NCBI GenBank assembly: GCA_965112155.1
Contig: OZ218098.1
Origin: Podarcis liolepis
Taxonomy: Eukaryota
Length of the DNA: 64,000 bases
Direction: 5' to 3' (one strand)
Of the stretch, positions 27,101-38,579 are shown in pieces. Under the pieces are notes generated by a model, which was given only the letters and a program-made list of their open reading frames with translations, searched no databases and was not told the origin of the DNA. The position numbers and the translations under genes are program-made. How positions within the stretch are numbered: the first letter of the stretch is position 1; the number at the start of each line of letters is the position of its first letter.

Positions 27101-27898
27101 CCTCTGTGTTTTATAGGCATCCAGATAGGGAATTATTTTAGGCTTACCCCGGGTTTTATCCATCATTTGTACCAGTGCAGTAAAACACGTCTCAACATTG
27201 ACATTGAATCTTGCTGATGTTTCTACTACCAGAAGGTTCTTCTTATTTGAAGCAAATGCCTGAACCTCTCGTAAATAGTGTTCCACACATTCATCACATT
27301 TAGTTGCTGCTATTATTATAGGCTTTTTAGATTTTGAAAGCTGAACATAGAGGTTATTCACAAATTTAAGTTGGTCATCAAACTTCCTATTGCATCCTTG
27401 ACTTACATCAATGCATAATAAAAATCCATCAATGTTTAGCTTCCCTTCAGGCATTTGCTTTTGCTCAAAGTCTTGCTCCAATCCAAGCTGATCTGTGCAA
27501 ATATACATAAGTTTTTCTGCTGACTGCAATTTGGTTGCAGCTGCACGCTTTATATATGGTTGTAAGTTCGTACTCCGATGAGGCAGAAAAGTCTGATCAT
27601 CAATGAACTCAGTCTGTTCAATAACATGAATCTTGCAATCTATTCCATCCTCTCCACATTGTATTACGTCACCCCAGTACAAAAAGTGATCATTATTAAC
27701 AACTCGTCCACCAAAGTCAATTGTGCTAAGCACAGAGGTATGTTCGGGGTAATATTCATCTGCTTTTGAACGCACAAATCTATTGCACAAACACGATTTC
27801 CCAACTCCACAGTTCCCCTTATCCTTTTCAGTCCCCGAAAGTCCAATCACACTAATAGCATAGGAAGGGGGACGAGGCTCTTTGTTCTTTGCCATCAT
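24197..27898 (-). CDS. ARHGAP5: ARHGAP5 exon 2 coding part (aa 1-1234: N-terminal pseudo-GTPase, FF domains, pG1/pG2 pseudo-GTPases, linker)
   Basis: ORF starts MMAKNKEPRPPSY..., recognisably p190-B. Donor is AAA|gtaaga at 24197/24196. The ORF-track tail VRHFLN* is intron read-through. Confidence 0.98.
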
Positions 27899-28071
27899 AG
27901 TGTTCTTCTCATCCTTCTGTAGTTACCAACACAACCAGCTGTAGTGTTCATTCTTAAAAGTGCTTCTACACACTAAAAATTTATCTCCAATTTTTTAAAG
28001 GTATTTTCAGTTCTTCTTGGATTCTCATGCTTGCAATAAACTTATATGTTCAGATCAAGTGGTGCATATTT
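27899..28071 (-). other. ARHGAP5: ARHGAP5 exon 2, 5' UTR part (173 nt)
   Basis: Acceptor tttcttctttccctttcag|AAATATG with a strong polypyrimidine tract at 28072-28090. Confidence 0.85.
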
Positions 28072-29529
28072 CTGAAAGGGAAAGAAGAAACACTCTGTTA
28101 ATTACAGTTACCTATAGGTCTACTTTCAATGTTTCAATAAATTCAAACACACACACCTGATGCTTTTAACCAAGTTAGATATATAAAAATGGGTATGTAG
28201 CTCACATGTCCACACTTAAATGCACCTTACATGCATTTAGTGCTCTTATTTTAAGCACATTTACATAAAGAACATGTTCCATCAACATCAATGGCACTTG
28301 CTACCAGTTAAGATCCCTGATCAAACAAAGGCAATTCAAGGAAACATACATGCAATTATATGTGGTCCAGTGTACTGGGGTCCAAGTAGGATTCTGCTGC
28401 TCAGAAAGAGCAGTCAATACTCATCAGTGCACTTATAATGCTTATACAATAATAACATGAACCCTATCCTCCAATAATTAGATAACCAATGTAAAGCTAA
28501 CCATCCACTATAAACTTGTCTGGGAAGATAGTCACATAAAGCAGAATGAATGCAGACAGTTTCAACACACAAAGCTCTTTCTACTGCAATATTGCACTGA
28601 TTTCAACTGAACTTATTTCTAATTAACGGCATTTAGAAACGGAACCTAAAATATGTTTAAAACGCATATGTTTCAGCATGGGTGATTTTTCTCTCCTTTC
28701 CAAACAATGAGGTTTCAAAAGGCAGAAAGTTAGCAAAATAAAATTATTATTTTTTAAAAAAATACACTTCAAACAGAAACCTGGGGAATATATGAATAAT
28801 TACAAACATTTAATAAATCTAACTTCCAAGTGTTACCAAATAAACAGTATGATGACCAATGACATCATTCGATCAAAGTATAAACCTCCACAGGAAGTGT
28901 GTGAGGGGAATGGAGTTGCAGTGATAACCTCCTAGCAGTGGTGCTACATTAACAGGGCAGGGAAACGCAGACAGGGCAGGAAAACGCGGACACAAGGTTG
29001 GGGGAACTCTGGGTGGAGATGGTGATACCATAAACCTTGTTAACACCTCAGCCCACCTACTGCCATTCTACTCCCATCCCCATGTGCCTCTGCAAGACCT
29101 CACATAACTGACTCCATAAATAACAGATTATGAAAAGATTCTGATGTTTATGGAATGAAGATGCTAATATTGATAATGATATCCAATACCTCAGTGTGTA
29201 TATTCATCTAAGTGGTAACTGTTTCCACATACTGGCACAATCCACAACGTGTGTTTACACAGGGGCCCCTTGTCAACAATGACATTTGAGAAGCTCTACT
29301 GTTCATTGAATTGCTTCTCCAAACTATATTTAAGGTAATAATCAGATTGTCAGTCCTTTCCCCCATAAATTCAGAAGATATTACAATTTTCTGTAAATAG
29401 TTCTCAAGAAATGTTTTCTCTTTCCTGCTCCTCTACCCTTAAAAAGAAAAGTTAACTAATATACAATGTAGAGAATAATTAATATATAGGATGCTTATAT
29501 GAATTAGCAATAAATATTTTCCATATCAC

Positions 29530-29896
29530 AGGGACGCAGGTGGCGCTGTGGGTTAAACCACAGAGCCTAGGATTTGCTGATCAGAAGGTCGGAGGTTCGA
29601 ATCCCCGCAACGGGGTGAGCTCCCGTTGCTCGGTCCCTGCTCCTGACAACCTAGCAGTTCAAAAGCATGTCAAAGTGCAAGTAGATAAATAGGGACCGCT
29701 CTGGTGGGAAGGTAAACGGCGTTTCCGTGTGCTGCTCTGGTTCACCAGAAGCGGCTTAGTCATGCTGGCCACATGACCTGGAAGCTGTCTGAGGACAAAC
29801 GCTGGCTCCCTCGGCCTATAGAGTGAGATGAGCACGAAACCCCAGAGTCGGTCACGACTGGACCTAATGGTCAGGGATCCCTTTACCTTTACCTTT
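29530..29896 (+). mobile_element. Sauria SINE, full length (intron 1)
   Basis: Same head, body and (ACCTTT)n tail. TSD ccatatcac on both sides. Confidence 0.93.
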
Positions 29897-32759
29897 CCAT
29901 ATCACTGAAAACAATTACAAGGAAGTATTTATAATAGCACAGAGCAGCAATTTTTAAAACTATTGTACTGTAGACCACTGTCCAAGTTTGCTTGCTCTTA
30001 CTAATCACAGAACCTATGTAATGGCACTTGACAACTATTCCAAGCTTCTTCCTAATTAAAATTCAGGCTCCTCTGCATTCTGATGCAGCTGTACTGCACT
30101 CTAAATGCAAAAGAATGAACACAAAGGGGACAAGAAAAGGGGTGAAATTATTCTAAGCAGAGGATAGGTACTGTTAGTGACAGAGAAAGGGACAAATCTG
30201 AGAAGTTTTAGCATTCAAAACATTACTCAATGTAGATTCCTATAATACAGCCATAGCACTGAAGGTTGAATGAGAGACTGAAGGACAGTGACTGCTCCCC
30301 AAGGCAGCTGCAAAGAGAGCCACTATTCAACTTTTACTAACCCTGCTGAGGGCCAACTAGCTCATTCTTTTATTAAAACTGATCATTCATGAATCAATTA
30401 TGGAAACCCATACCCAAACAATCTGTTCTATCTGCTGATTTTATTATAATGCACCATAGATAAGAGAATGAATGAACAACCAAGCACTGCTTAATATATC
30501 AGTGGGTCCAATGGACCCCAGTTCCCATGAGCAAGATTCCATTCACACGGCACTCCAACTGGAGTGAGGAATGGGAGGTACACCTTGCATATTCCTCTTT
30601 CCCCCTAGAGTCCTCTGTATCTCCTGAAAATCTTCTCCGGAAGGTTTTGAACCACTCCTGAAAAGTGTGAGGAGTGGTGCCAGTATGTTGAGGGGAGGGG
30701 GCTACTGGTCCCTTCCATTTGCAAAGAGCAACCCTAAATCCAACCCTCTATGCTTAGCAGCTTTGAGCGACCTTAGAAGTAGGAAAGCAGGACAGAAATG
30801 TTGAAAATAGAATCTTCATGTGTGACTTTTAATTTTTTTAAAAAAATGCTGAGTATCCACATACGATAGGATCCAGAAAAGTACACGCAGAGCTCTTCCA
30901 ATCCTTTCCCTGTTGTAGACTCCCATGTTTCACAGCTATCTGAATTTAAGAATCAGTGGACCTTCTGGACAGAACATGGGATGCTGCAGTGGAAGGAAGG
31001 GAATCAGCAGAATTCAAGAGTCCCCCTGCACAAGTAGAAATACTTTTCTGATCACACATGGTACCTCAGCATCCAACCCAAGGAGTTGCTGTTTTTTAAG
31101 TTTAATTTAGTACATGTGTTAATTACTTATAGTGGACATAAGCAAAGATAAGTCGTAAGATTGAAACACCAAATTGGGGTTTTAATTTGGCAACCTGACT
31201 CCAATAATATACGGTACCTATGCATATATGCCATAAACAAAAACTTGGAGCAAGTCTCTAATTGACTGAGAGCATACACCCATCAAAACCAATGTCCTAA
31301 ATTGTAAATATTTTGCCTGCAATACAATAAAGCTAGAGTCAAGAATTCAATATGTATCTCAAGTTTTCTTTAATTTCACCACAGCAATTCCCACTGCCAA
31401 GGCAGGAAAATATTGCTCAGTTTAAAAAGCATCTTGCCTCTGTGGCTGCATAAACCACTGCACAGAAAACATACACTAATGAGTACTCAGTGCTCATCTG
31501 CACAAACATGTAACTTCTTTTGATTGGGGCCTTTATGTGACCCACATTTTGGTTCATTCTCTCCTCTCCTAAAATATACTGAGTCACTGGCATAATAATA
31601 GTTTGCAATCAAGACTATCCTTTGTATTAATGATATACATGGTTAATTTTAATCTAGTGCCTCAGCAGTTGTCTACTGGGGTACTCAAAGGCTTTTTTTC
31701 TTCTGAAACAAATATTTGGAGAACAGTTACTGTTCTGCTTGAATCTACATTTGAAATACTTTTTTTCCTAGAGAAACTTGCTTGATATTGTGTTTTCATG
31801 GTTCAGAGACTAATTGCCATATTTGTAGTGAGGAAGGACAGATGTAGTTTCCTGCGTGACAGATGGCCTGGTGACCACGGAGGACTGTTTTGTCTTCCTC
31901 TGCAGAATGGAGTGTTTTTACTGAAACATATTCCTCAGCCTCCAGCAAGGCATAATTTACTCATTCCTGCTCTCCTGTTGTAGCACACAATCTGGATTAT
32001 GTTGGTTAATCTGCTCAGAATATCTGAAAGCATTCCAGTCTGGCACAGTTGTGATATGCAGTTTTCTTCTTAACCCTCTGACCTTGAAAGCTTAAGGGAT
32101 GCTCCATATATACCACCCCAAACTTGGTAACATAAAAAATGCAAATATCCTTTAACTATCACACATGATTTGCTCCTTTAGCAAGCATCCTCTTTGGCCA
32201 GTCTAGTGTGATGCAGCTGCTACTCCCTTTCATTTCTCAATTTGTTTGGACCTTGCCCTCTATACACATGTTGTGGGGAGAACCCAGAGGCACTGGGCAT
32301 AAAGAAGAGGCAGTAGATGTATCTGCCTCACATCCAGTACTGTAAAGAAGCAAGCTGGGACACACAACCATCACAAATTTCCTTATTCTTAATCAGAAGA
32401 ACTGACACTCAAGTAGTCAGTGGCAGCTGTCTCACATACAGTGTTCTATTTACAGAACAGGGTACAACTAAAGCTGCAACTCATGTCCTTATTTTTTATA
32501 TCTCAAGGACAAGGCCCAGAAGAACTGAGAATAAGGAAATGAGTGCCAGCTGAATCTGCCTCACAATTACTGCTGGGCTCCTGAGGGATTATCAGGTAGT
32601 TAGAATGGCTGCCCTTGCTACTTGCCAACACCAGTCCCCTGTGCTGTTTGCCAATGCTATTGGTCACCCATCAGGGCCTAACCAAGATCCAGGGGAGACT
32701 TTCTTGGAAGAAGAAACATGGAACTCCATGGAGAAATCCAGCACAGCTAGGGACTAGGA

Positions 32760-32895
32760 CAGGCATAGGCAAACTCTGCCCTCTAGATGTTTTGGGACTA
32801 CATCTCCCATCATCCCTAGCTAACAGGACCAGGGGTCAGGGATGTTGGGAATTGTAGTCCCAAAACATCTGGAGGGCCGAGTTTGCCTATGCCTG
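32760..32895. mobile_element. Palindromic hAT-type MITE (136 bp)
   Basis: TIR caggcataggcaaactc/gagtttgcctatgcctg. 8-bp TSD gactagga. Confidence 0.92.
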
Positions 32896-33184
32896 GACTA
32901 GGATGAGCCCCACAGTCATAAGAGAGCCCAAAATTTCAAGTACTATGGACATCTCTCCTGGGCTTCTGGCAACCCCTCCAATCACATCCAAATCCTGCCT
33001 TTGATTCTCCACCACAAGCTGAACAGCAAAGTCAGCAGTGGACCCAATGCGAAGTCCAGAGTAAGAGTGCACATTTGACTGCCAGGAGGAGGGTCAAAGA
33101 AGATTTACCTGAGAGCAATAATCTAGCAGAAGTCTGTGAAAACGGACTGGTAATGAGGATGTAAAATATAATGAGGAAATGAGA

Positions 33185-33410
33185 ATCAGTGTAGAGTAGT
33201 GGTCAGAATGCTAGACTAGAACCTGGAAGATCAGGGTTCAAATCCTCACTCAACCATGAAGCCCACTGGGTGACTTTGGGCCAGCTGCTGTTTCTCAGCC
33301 TAACCTACCTCAGAGGGTTGTTGGGAGGTTAAAAAGGAAAGGAGGGAAAGTGTCATATCAGTGCCACATAAGCTCTTTGGAGAAAAGATGGTATATACAT
33401 GTATGTATGT
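33185..33410 (+). mobile_element. Old tRNA-derived, CORE-type SINE
   Basis: Box A-like gtagtggtcaga and box B ggttcaaatcc, followed by tgggtgactttgggccag...tctcagcctaacctacctc. Confidence 0.7.
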
Positions 33411-33718
33411 ATAAATAACTATAATGATCTCCATCTCTCCTACATTCTTCCTAGTATGATAAGTCCTGAGCAAGCTCCATCTCCCCCTCTTGTTCTACTC
33501 CAGCACTAGGTGCTGGTCACAGACATCACATCATTGGTACCCATCTACCCCAATAAATCTTTATAGTAAGGGGAATGTTCTAGGGAAACTACTAGGGAAC
33601 CTTGCCCAAGACACTATCAAACCAGGTGCTGTCTATCACCCATAAAAATGGGGCTGGTGAAGGAGTGAGTTTCATTTCCTAGCCTACTGGGTTTCTAACC
33701 TTCAAAATGTTTTTCTAG

Positions 33719-33809
33719 CCTGTTTTTTACTCATAAGAAGGATTTGGCAAAGGAGGGATGAAGCACTTGGTCCATCCTTTGTCAGCTTCTCTTATGAGTA
33801 AAAAGCAGG
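33719..33809. repeat. Imperfect inverted repeat / hairpin
   Basis: cctgttttttactcataagaag pairs with cttctcttatgagtaaaaagcagg. The inner tggcaaaggaggga pairs with tccatcctttgtca. Confidence 0.8.
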
Positions 33810-35146
33810 CGTGTAAAATCTTTTGTAGACTAGTAATAAGGCTGAAATACGCAAGAAAACATAAGTTTAAGGATGGGGCGGTAGTGGCAAAGAATAGTCG
33901 GATATCTTGGTTTGACTAAGTACAGCTAAAATAAACTGTAATTTCATACATAACAGGAAACTTTAGATGAAATCAATTCTGAATGAAAGCCGAATTTTTT
34001 GCTCTTTTCTCTTATGCCTAGAGAGGGAGAAGGAATGTGACTCTAAGACTCACCATGGCTCATTTGTGATAATTTAAACCATGATGTAGATGCTTGGCTG
34101 GTTTAGATTTCAATTTATTTTATAACATTTGGGGGGTTTTTTGCTGCAGCAAAAAATCTCAAACAATGTGGCTTTCACCAGTGCAGACAATGAGACTACT
34201 TGTGACCACAAGAGGGCACTTTCGCAAAAAACAAAAAAACACCACAGCATGTCCTTCAGGAGGCACTATTACAGCATGTAAAAGCAGCTTTGGGGACAAG
34301 AAAGACAGGCATATAATCAACATGTCAAGCAGCACACTGGTACTGAAAATGTGTTGGAGACTATTCTCTTGTGAGATATAGGTACAGAAATAGAAAGAAG
34401 TCATGAAGGATGGCATATTCCAGCATGAGTAATCAGTAGAATGATGTTTGAAAAAAGCAGACATAGATAAGGAAAAAGAGAGTAAAGTCGGTAGTAAAGC
34501 TCCAAGACTGGGCATCTTGAGTGAGGAATACACAACAGGGATACAGAACAAAAAGTCTGTGGTCTAAACCATAAACTAATCACTTTTAAAATAGGTAACA
34601 ATTCTGCTTTTTCTGAATGAAAAGCAGTCATCATTTGAATCAGGGCCCAGTTATCCCTGCTCCTGACTGATATTTGCCACCAAAGGTTCTATTTACTCTC
34701 AACAGCACAGAAACCAACTGGAAGTGATATTCAAGCACTTCTCTTATGTTCCCAAAACAGCAGGTAGCGGTTATTTTGGATAAAATGCAATTTTTGAATA
34801 CTTTTCAACAACCCCAACCCCAAGTACATTGCAATAATCTTCTTTCTATCATGGTTGACACGGGCCACTTAAATACTGGCTCCTCGCTGCTGCTTTGCTC
34901 CTTCCCTTGTGCAGCTGGCGAAACAAACCAAGAAAGTTGGCTTGCAATAAACATTAGCAAGACATGGGTGACAATTGCAAATCAGCTATGCATCCAATAA
35001 GAGAGCTTGATCTAGGAGTACTCCTAAATATTTAACTGATTGTTAAAAGCAAGTGTTTATCTAATCCAGAAAGGACATCAACTACAGAGTCAACAGACCT
35101 CCCCATCATCAATATATTCAACTTCTCTGGACTGAGTTTCAGTTTA

Positions 35147-35479
35147 CAGTGGTGCCTCGCAAGACGAAAAGAATCCGTTCTGATTCTCTTCGTCTAGCGG
35201 TTTTTTTGTCTTGCGAAGCAAGCCCATTGAAGGATTAGCGGATTAGCGCTATTAGCGGCTTTTAGCGGCTTATCTGCTGATCGGATCAGCTGATAAGCGG
35301 CTTAGCGGCTTAGATAAAGGGGGGGGGAGGAAAAAAACCAGCAGGAACTCACAAGACATTGTCGTCTTGCGAAGCAAGCCCATAGGAAATTCGTTTTGCG
35401 AAGCACCTCCAAAACGGAAAACTCTTTCGTCTAGCGAGTTTTCCGTCTTGCGAGGCATTCGTCTTGCGGGGCACCACTG
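35147..35479. mobile_element. Tc1/mariner-type MITE, second family
   Basis: TA-cagtggtgcctcgcaagacg...cgtcttgcggggcaccactg-TA. Internal ttagcgg repeats. Confidence 0.9.
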
Positions 35480-35754
35480 TATTCACCCAAATCCAGTTCA
35501 ACAGTGACCTCAGACATCAGATTAGAACAATTACTTCATCTGGACTAGATGAAAAGGTGTTATCAAAATACCAGTTACTAATGTCACTAGCTTTTAAACC
35601 CATATGAGTGTATCTAATGTTATGCGAGCAGAAGGGCAAGGTCATGAAACTGACCTTTCCCCACCTCTTCTTCTCCCTGTAACCCCCTGATCTGCCTCAT
35701 CTGTAAATTTGGGAAGGGGCTACCAAACATTGTGGGCTGTTTTATAGGATTGCA

Positions 35755-35815
35755 GTGCCTAGCGTGCTCTGGTCCATGGGGTAACGAAGAGTCGGACACG
35801 ACTAAACAACAACAA
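35755..35815 (+). mobile_element. Short RTE/BovB-like 3' fragment
   Basis: Same terminus and (AAC)n tail as 57590-57640. Confidence 0.75.
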
Positions 35816-36941
35816 GTGGGAGGCAGAATCATCCGATACCTGAAACCTAGTGAAAGTGGTGCAAGATTCATCCACATGATTTAGGGCAGGATTGTCCCTC
35901 ACCTTATCATATCCCAAGGGGGGTTGAGTTTGCAGCTCTGCATCCATACACTTAAAAGTTCCTCTGGTAGCCCTCTTTTTAACCATACATTTTGGAGAAA
36001 CAGTTTATGGGCGAAAGGCTTGATTATCAATTGTTTCATCAACATTTTGTTGCCCATGCTGTTGTATTTGGATCAACCTGGACTGTAACTTAGCTAGTTT
36101 GGTGAGAATGTCACTTTGCTCATTAACAGGAGATGCTACACTAGAATTTGTCGTCTTGGTTGCCAATGGAGTTTTACAGAAGCCACTTGTTAAATTCCCA
36201 ACTCCTCACATTCAAAGTCTCTAAAATAAGTCTCAGTTGTTAGTAATGTGTATTAAGCATATAGGATGGGCATATGAGCACAATCATAGTTAGCAAGGAA
36301 GCAGCATCCACTGAAAACAGGTCAAAGGCTTTCCAAAGGCCAGTTTCCTTAGGAGCCTTTATTGATTGAATCCTTCTGAAAAAAAGTTACTGAGTCCTCC
36401 CTCCAAGGTGACCTGTAGAAATCTAAAGAAATTAATTGTCATAGATAATTCAGTCACTAATTAAAAATTCCCCCCTTTCCTTATGATATACTGCAAGTTG
36501 ATGAGAGTTGCAACAATTATCTGAATATGATAGCTGATGCAAAAATTGTTTTCTAACCAAACTCTAGCCATATTTTAAACTGACCATATAAAACTTAGGG
36601 CAACATCACCTTCACAAGAAAAGAAGTGTGATATATGAATACTAATTGCCCAGTTCCTCGGGGGAGGTCAGAACCCCGAGAACTGCATGCAAGGGGAGGA
36701 GAGTAGGATGCTTCCATCTGGAAAGCTGTGATGTTGCTTGCATAGGCAGAAAGGCTGGAAGAGTGTGACACTGAATTCCACCCATAAATGCAAATCCATG
36801 CAAAGACCACCATGAGCAAGTGAAAAACTTGAACATTAAAGCTGCACTCACACAATCAAAGCCCTGCTACCTGCCCCTTTGCTGCAGCTTTTCTCTTCAC
36901 ACAAGCTGCAAAGCAGACTAGGAGGCCAGAGTTAACTAGAG

Positions 36942-37432
36942 CAGTGTTTCCCAAACGTTTTTGGGCAACGGCACACCTGTTTACTGAAGAAAAATCTCGC
37001 GGCACACCACCATTAAAGCCCCGCCCCGTGACGTCAGCGCGCAGCGTCACGCCGGGAGGGACGCACAAAAGTGAAAGTTTTTTCCCTCGGCAGCTCCTCT
37101 CAGCTGCGCTCAATCCGCCTCGGAGCGCAGGAGCGATGCCTCTCTCTGGCTCTCCCTCCGCGCAGGCTGAGGGAGGGAGGGAGGGGCGCGTGTGACCCGT
37201 CTCTGCTGGGAGACCAAACCCAGCGAGGCAGAGTCGCGCGGAGGCGCCCAGGCAGCACTGCCGGCTGCGAGGAGGAGCGCCAGGCAGCAGCAGGAGGCGC
37301 GGCCTCTCCTCGCCGCCGCCGCCCCGCCTCTCGCCGCCCGACTTGCCCGCCTCCCTCCAGGCATCTCGCGGCACACCAGCCGATGTCTCACGGCACACTC
37401 GTGTGCCGCGGAACACCGGTTGGGAAACACTG
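36942..37432. mobile_element. Young CpG-rich hAT-type MITE (491 bp)
   Basis: TIR cagtgtttcccaa/ttgggaaacactg. Perfect 8-bp TSD aactagag at 36934-36941 and 37433-37440. Confidence 0.93.
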
Positions 37433-38579
37433 AACTAGAGCTTCCTGTTACATGAGTAGCAGGAATTATGGTTAATGGCTTCTAAAGAAGATTTGCAAGC
37501 CAACTTTCTTGGTTTGTTTCGCCAGCTGCACAAGGGAAGGAGCAAAGCAGCAGCAAGGAGCCAGTATTTAAGTGGCCCTGTGGCAACCATGCTAGAAAGA
37601 AGCCAAGAATATAAAATGTTGAAATGAACACATACTTCACTAACCATCTTCCTCCTATGCATTACTTACTGAGTAAAATAGGGAATAATTTCTTAGAATT
37701 TATCAATCAGAGTGACATTAATTGTTCACCAACACTGATTTTTTTATTAAAAAACCTTAGATGCCACTAAATAATTCCTAGGTATAAGTTAGCAACCAGG
37801 TAGAAGGACTCAGTTATACAGCTATTGCAAATATGATGCTTAATGAAGCCTAAGCAATTGGGAGGAAACTGCAGAACTGCATGCTGTTTCACTTATCCTA
37901 CTCTTCTGAAGAACAATTTTTCCCTACCAAGCTTAACCACAGTTAATCATTATATCAGCAGCAATGTTAGCTGTGAAGAAGACTAACCAGATTCCTTCTT
38001 AACCCAAGATGTAGATCTACATACTAAGACATTACTGTATGTTTTATTCAAGCAGACCACAAATACTGACCGATCCATGTTAACTTTTTCAGGCATTAAC
38101 ATGATTGATAGGAGAGTTCTAGTGTCAAAAAATGCAGTTTGGGAAACAGGCATTTTGCATTTATAAATATGCTGATGATTTTTGCTTTGTATTAAATAAA
38201 GTTTTATTGGCTTAACAGGGAGAATGTGAATGGCTAGACCCAGATTAAATTGGGTCATGGTTTAGTCTCACAGAAATCAATGGTGTTTAAGTTTGTTATA
38301 ACTAACTTGTCCCATTGATTTTAATAAAACTAAAACGTGACTAACTTCCTCTGAATCAAGCACTACAATATTTAACCGGATAGCTTAATCAGAAGCTACT
38401 CTTTTATTTTAAGATGAATGACCCATATTTGAGCTGCTGGGTATTTCAAACATTCAGTTTTCAAATGAAACAACAGCCACGTTCAGGCATGCAAACTCTG
38501 TATCAATAGACAAGGGCACACATGCAAGTCCCATCCCTAACAAACCCAACTGCATCAACTCTTAATGCTTAATTCTCTG

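Noticed and set aside
24232-27846. Alternative-frame and antisense ORFs inside exon 2
   Set aside because: Short (60-95 aa) shadows of the main CDS with no independent support.
28952-28992. Small tandem duplications (also 15582-15612, 16524-16545, 44010-44045)
   Set aside because: Ordinary slippage duplications of 10-20 bp with no sign of function.
29531-29610. tRNA gene-like A/B boxes
   Set aside because: This is a SINE head followed by the Sauria body, tail and TSD. It is not a tRNA gene.
35225-35315. Spaced short repeats (ttagcgg) superficially like a CRISPR array or telomere variant
   Set aside because: Irregular internal repeats of a mariner-type MITE in a eukaryotic intron.
36856-37455. 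ORFs up to 186 aa over the CpG-rich insert
   Set aside because: They lie within a non-autonomous MITE and show no transposase motifs. This is a GC artefact.
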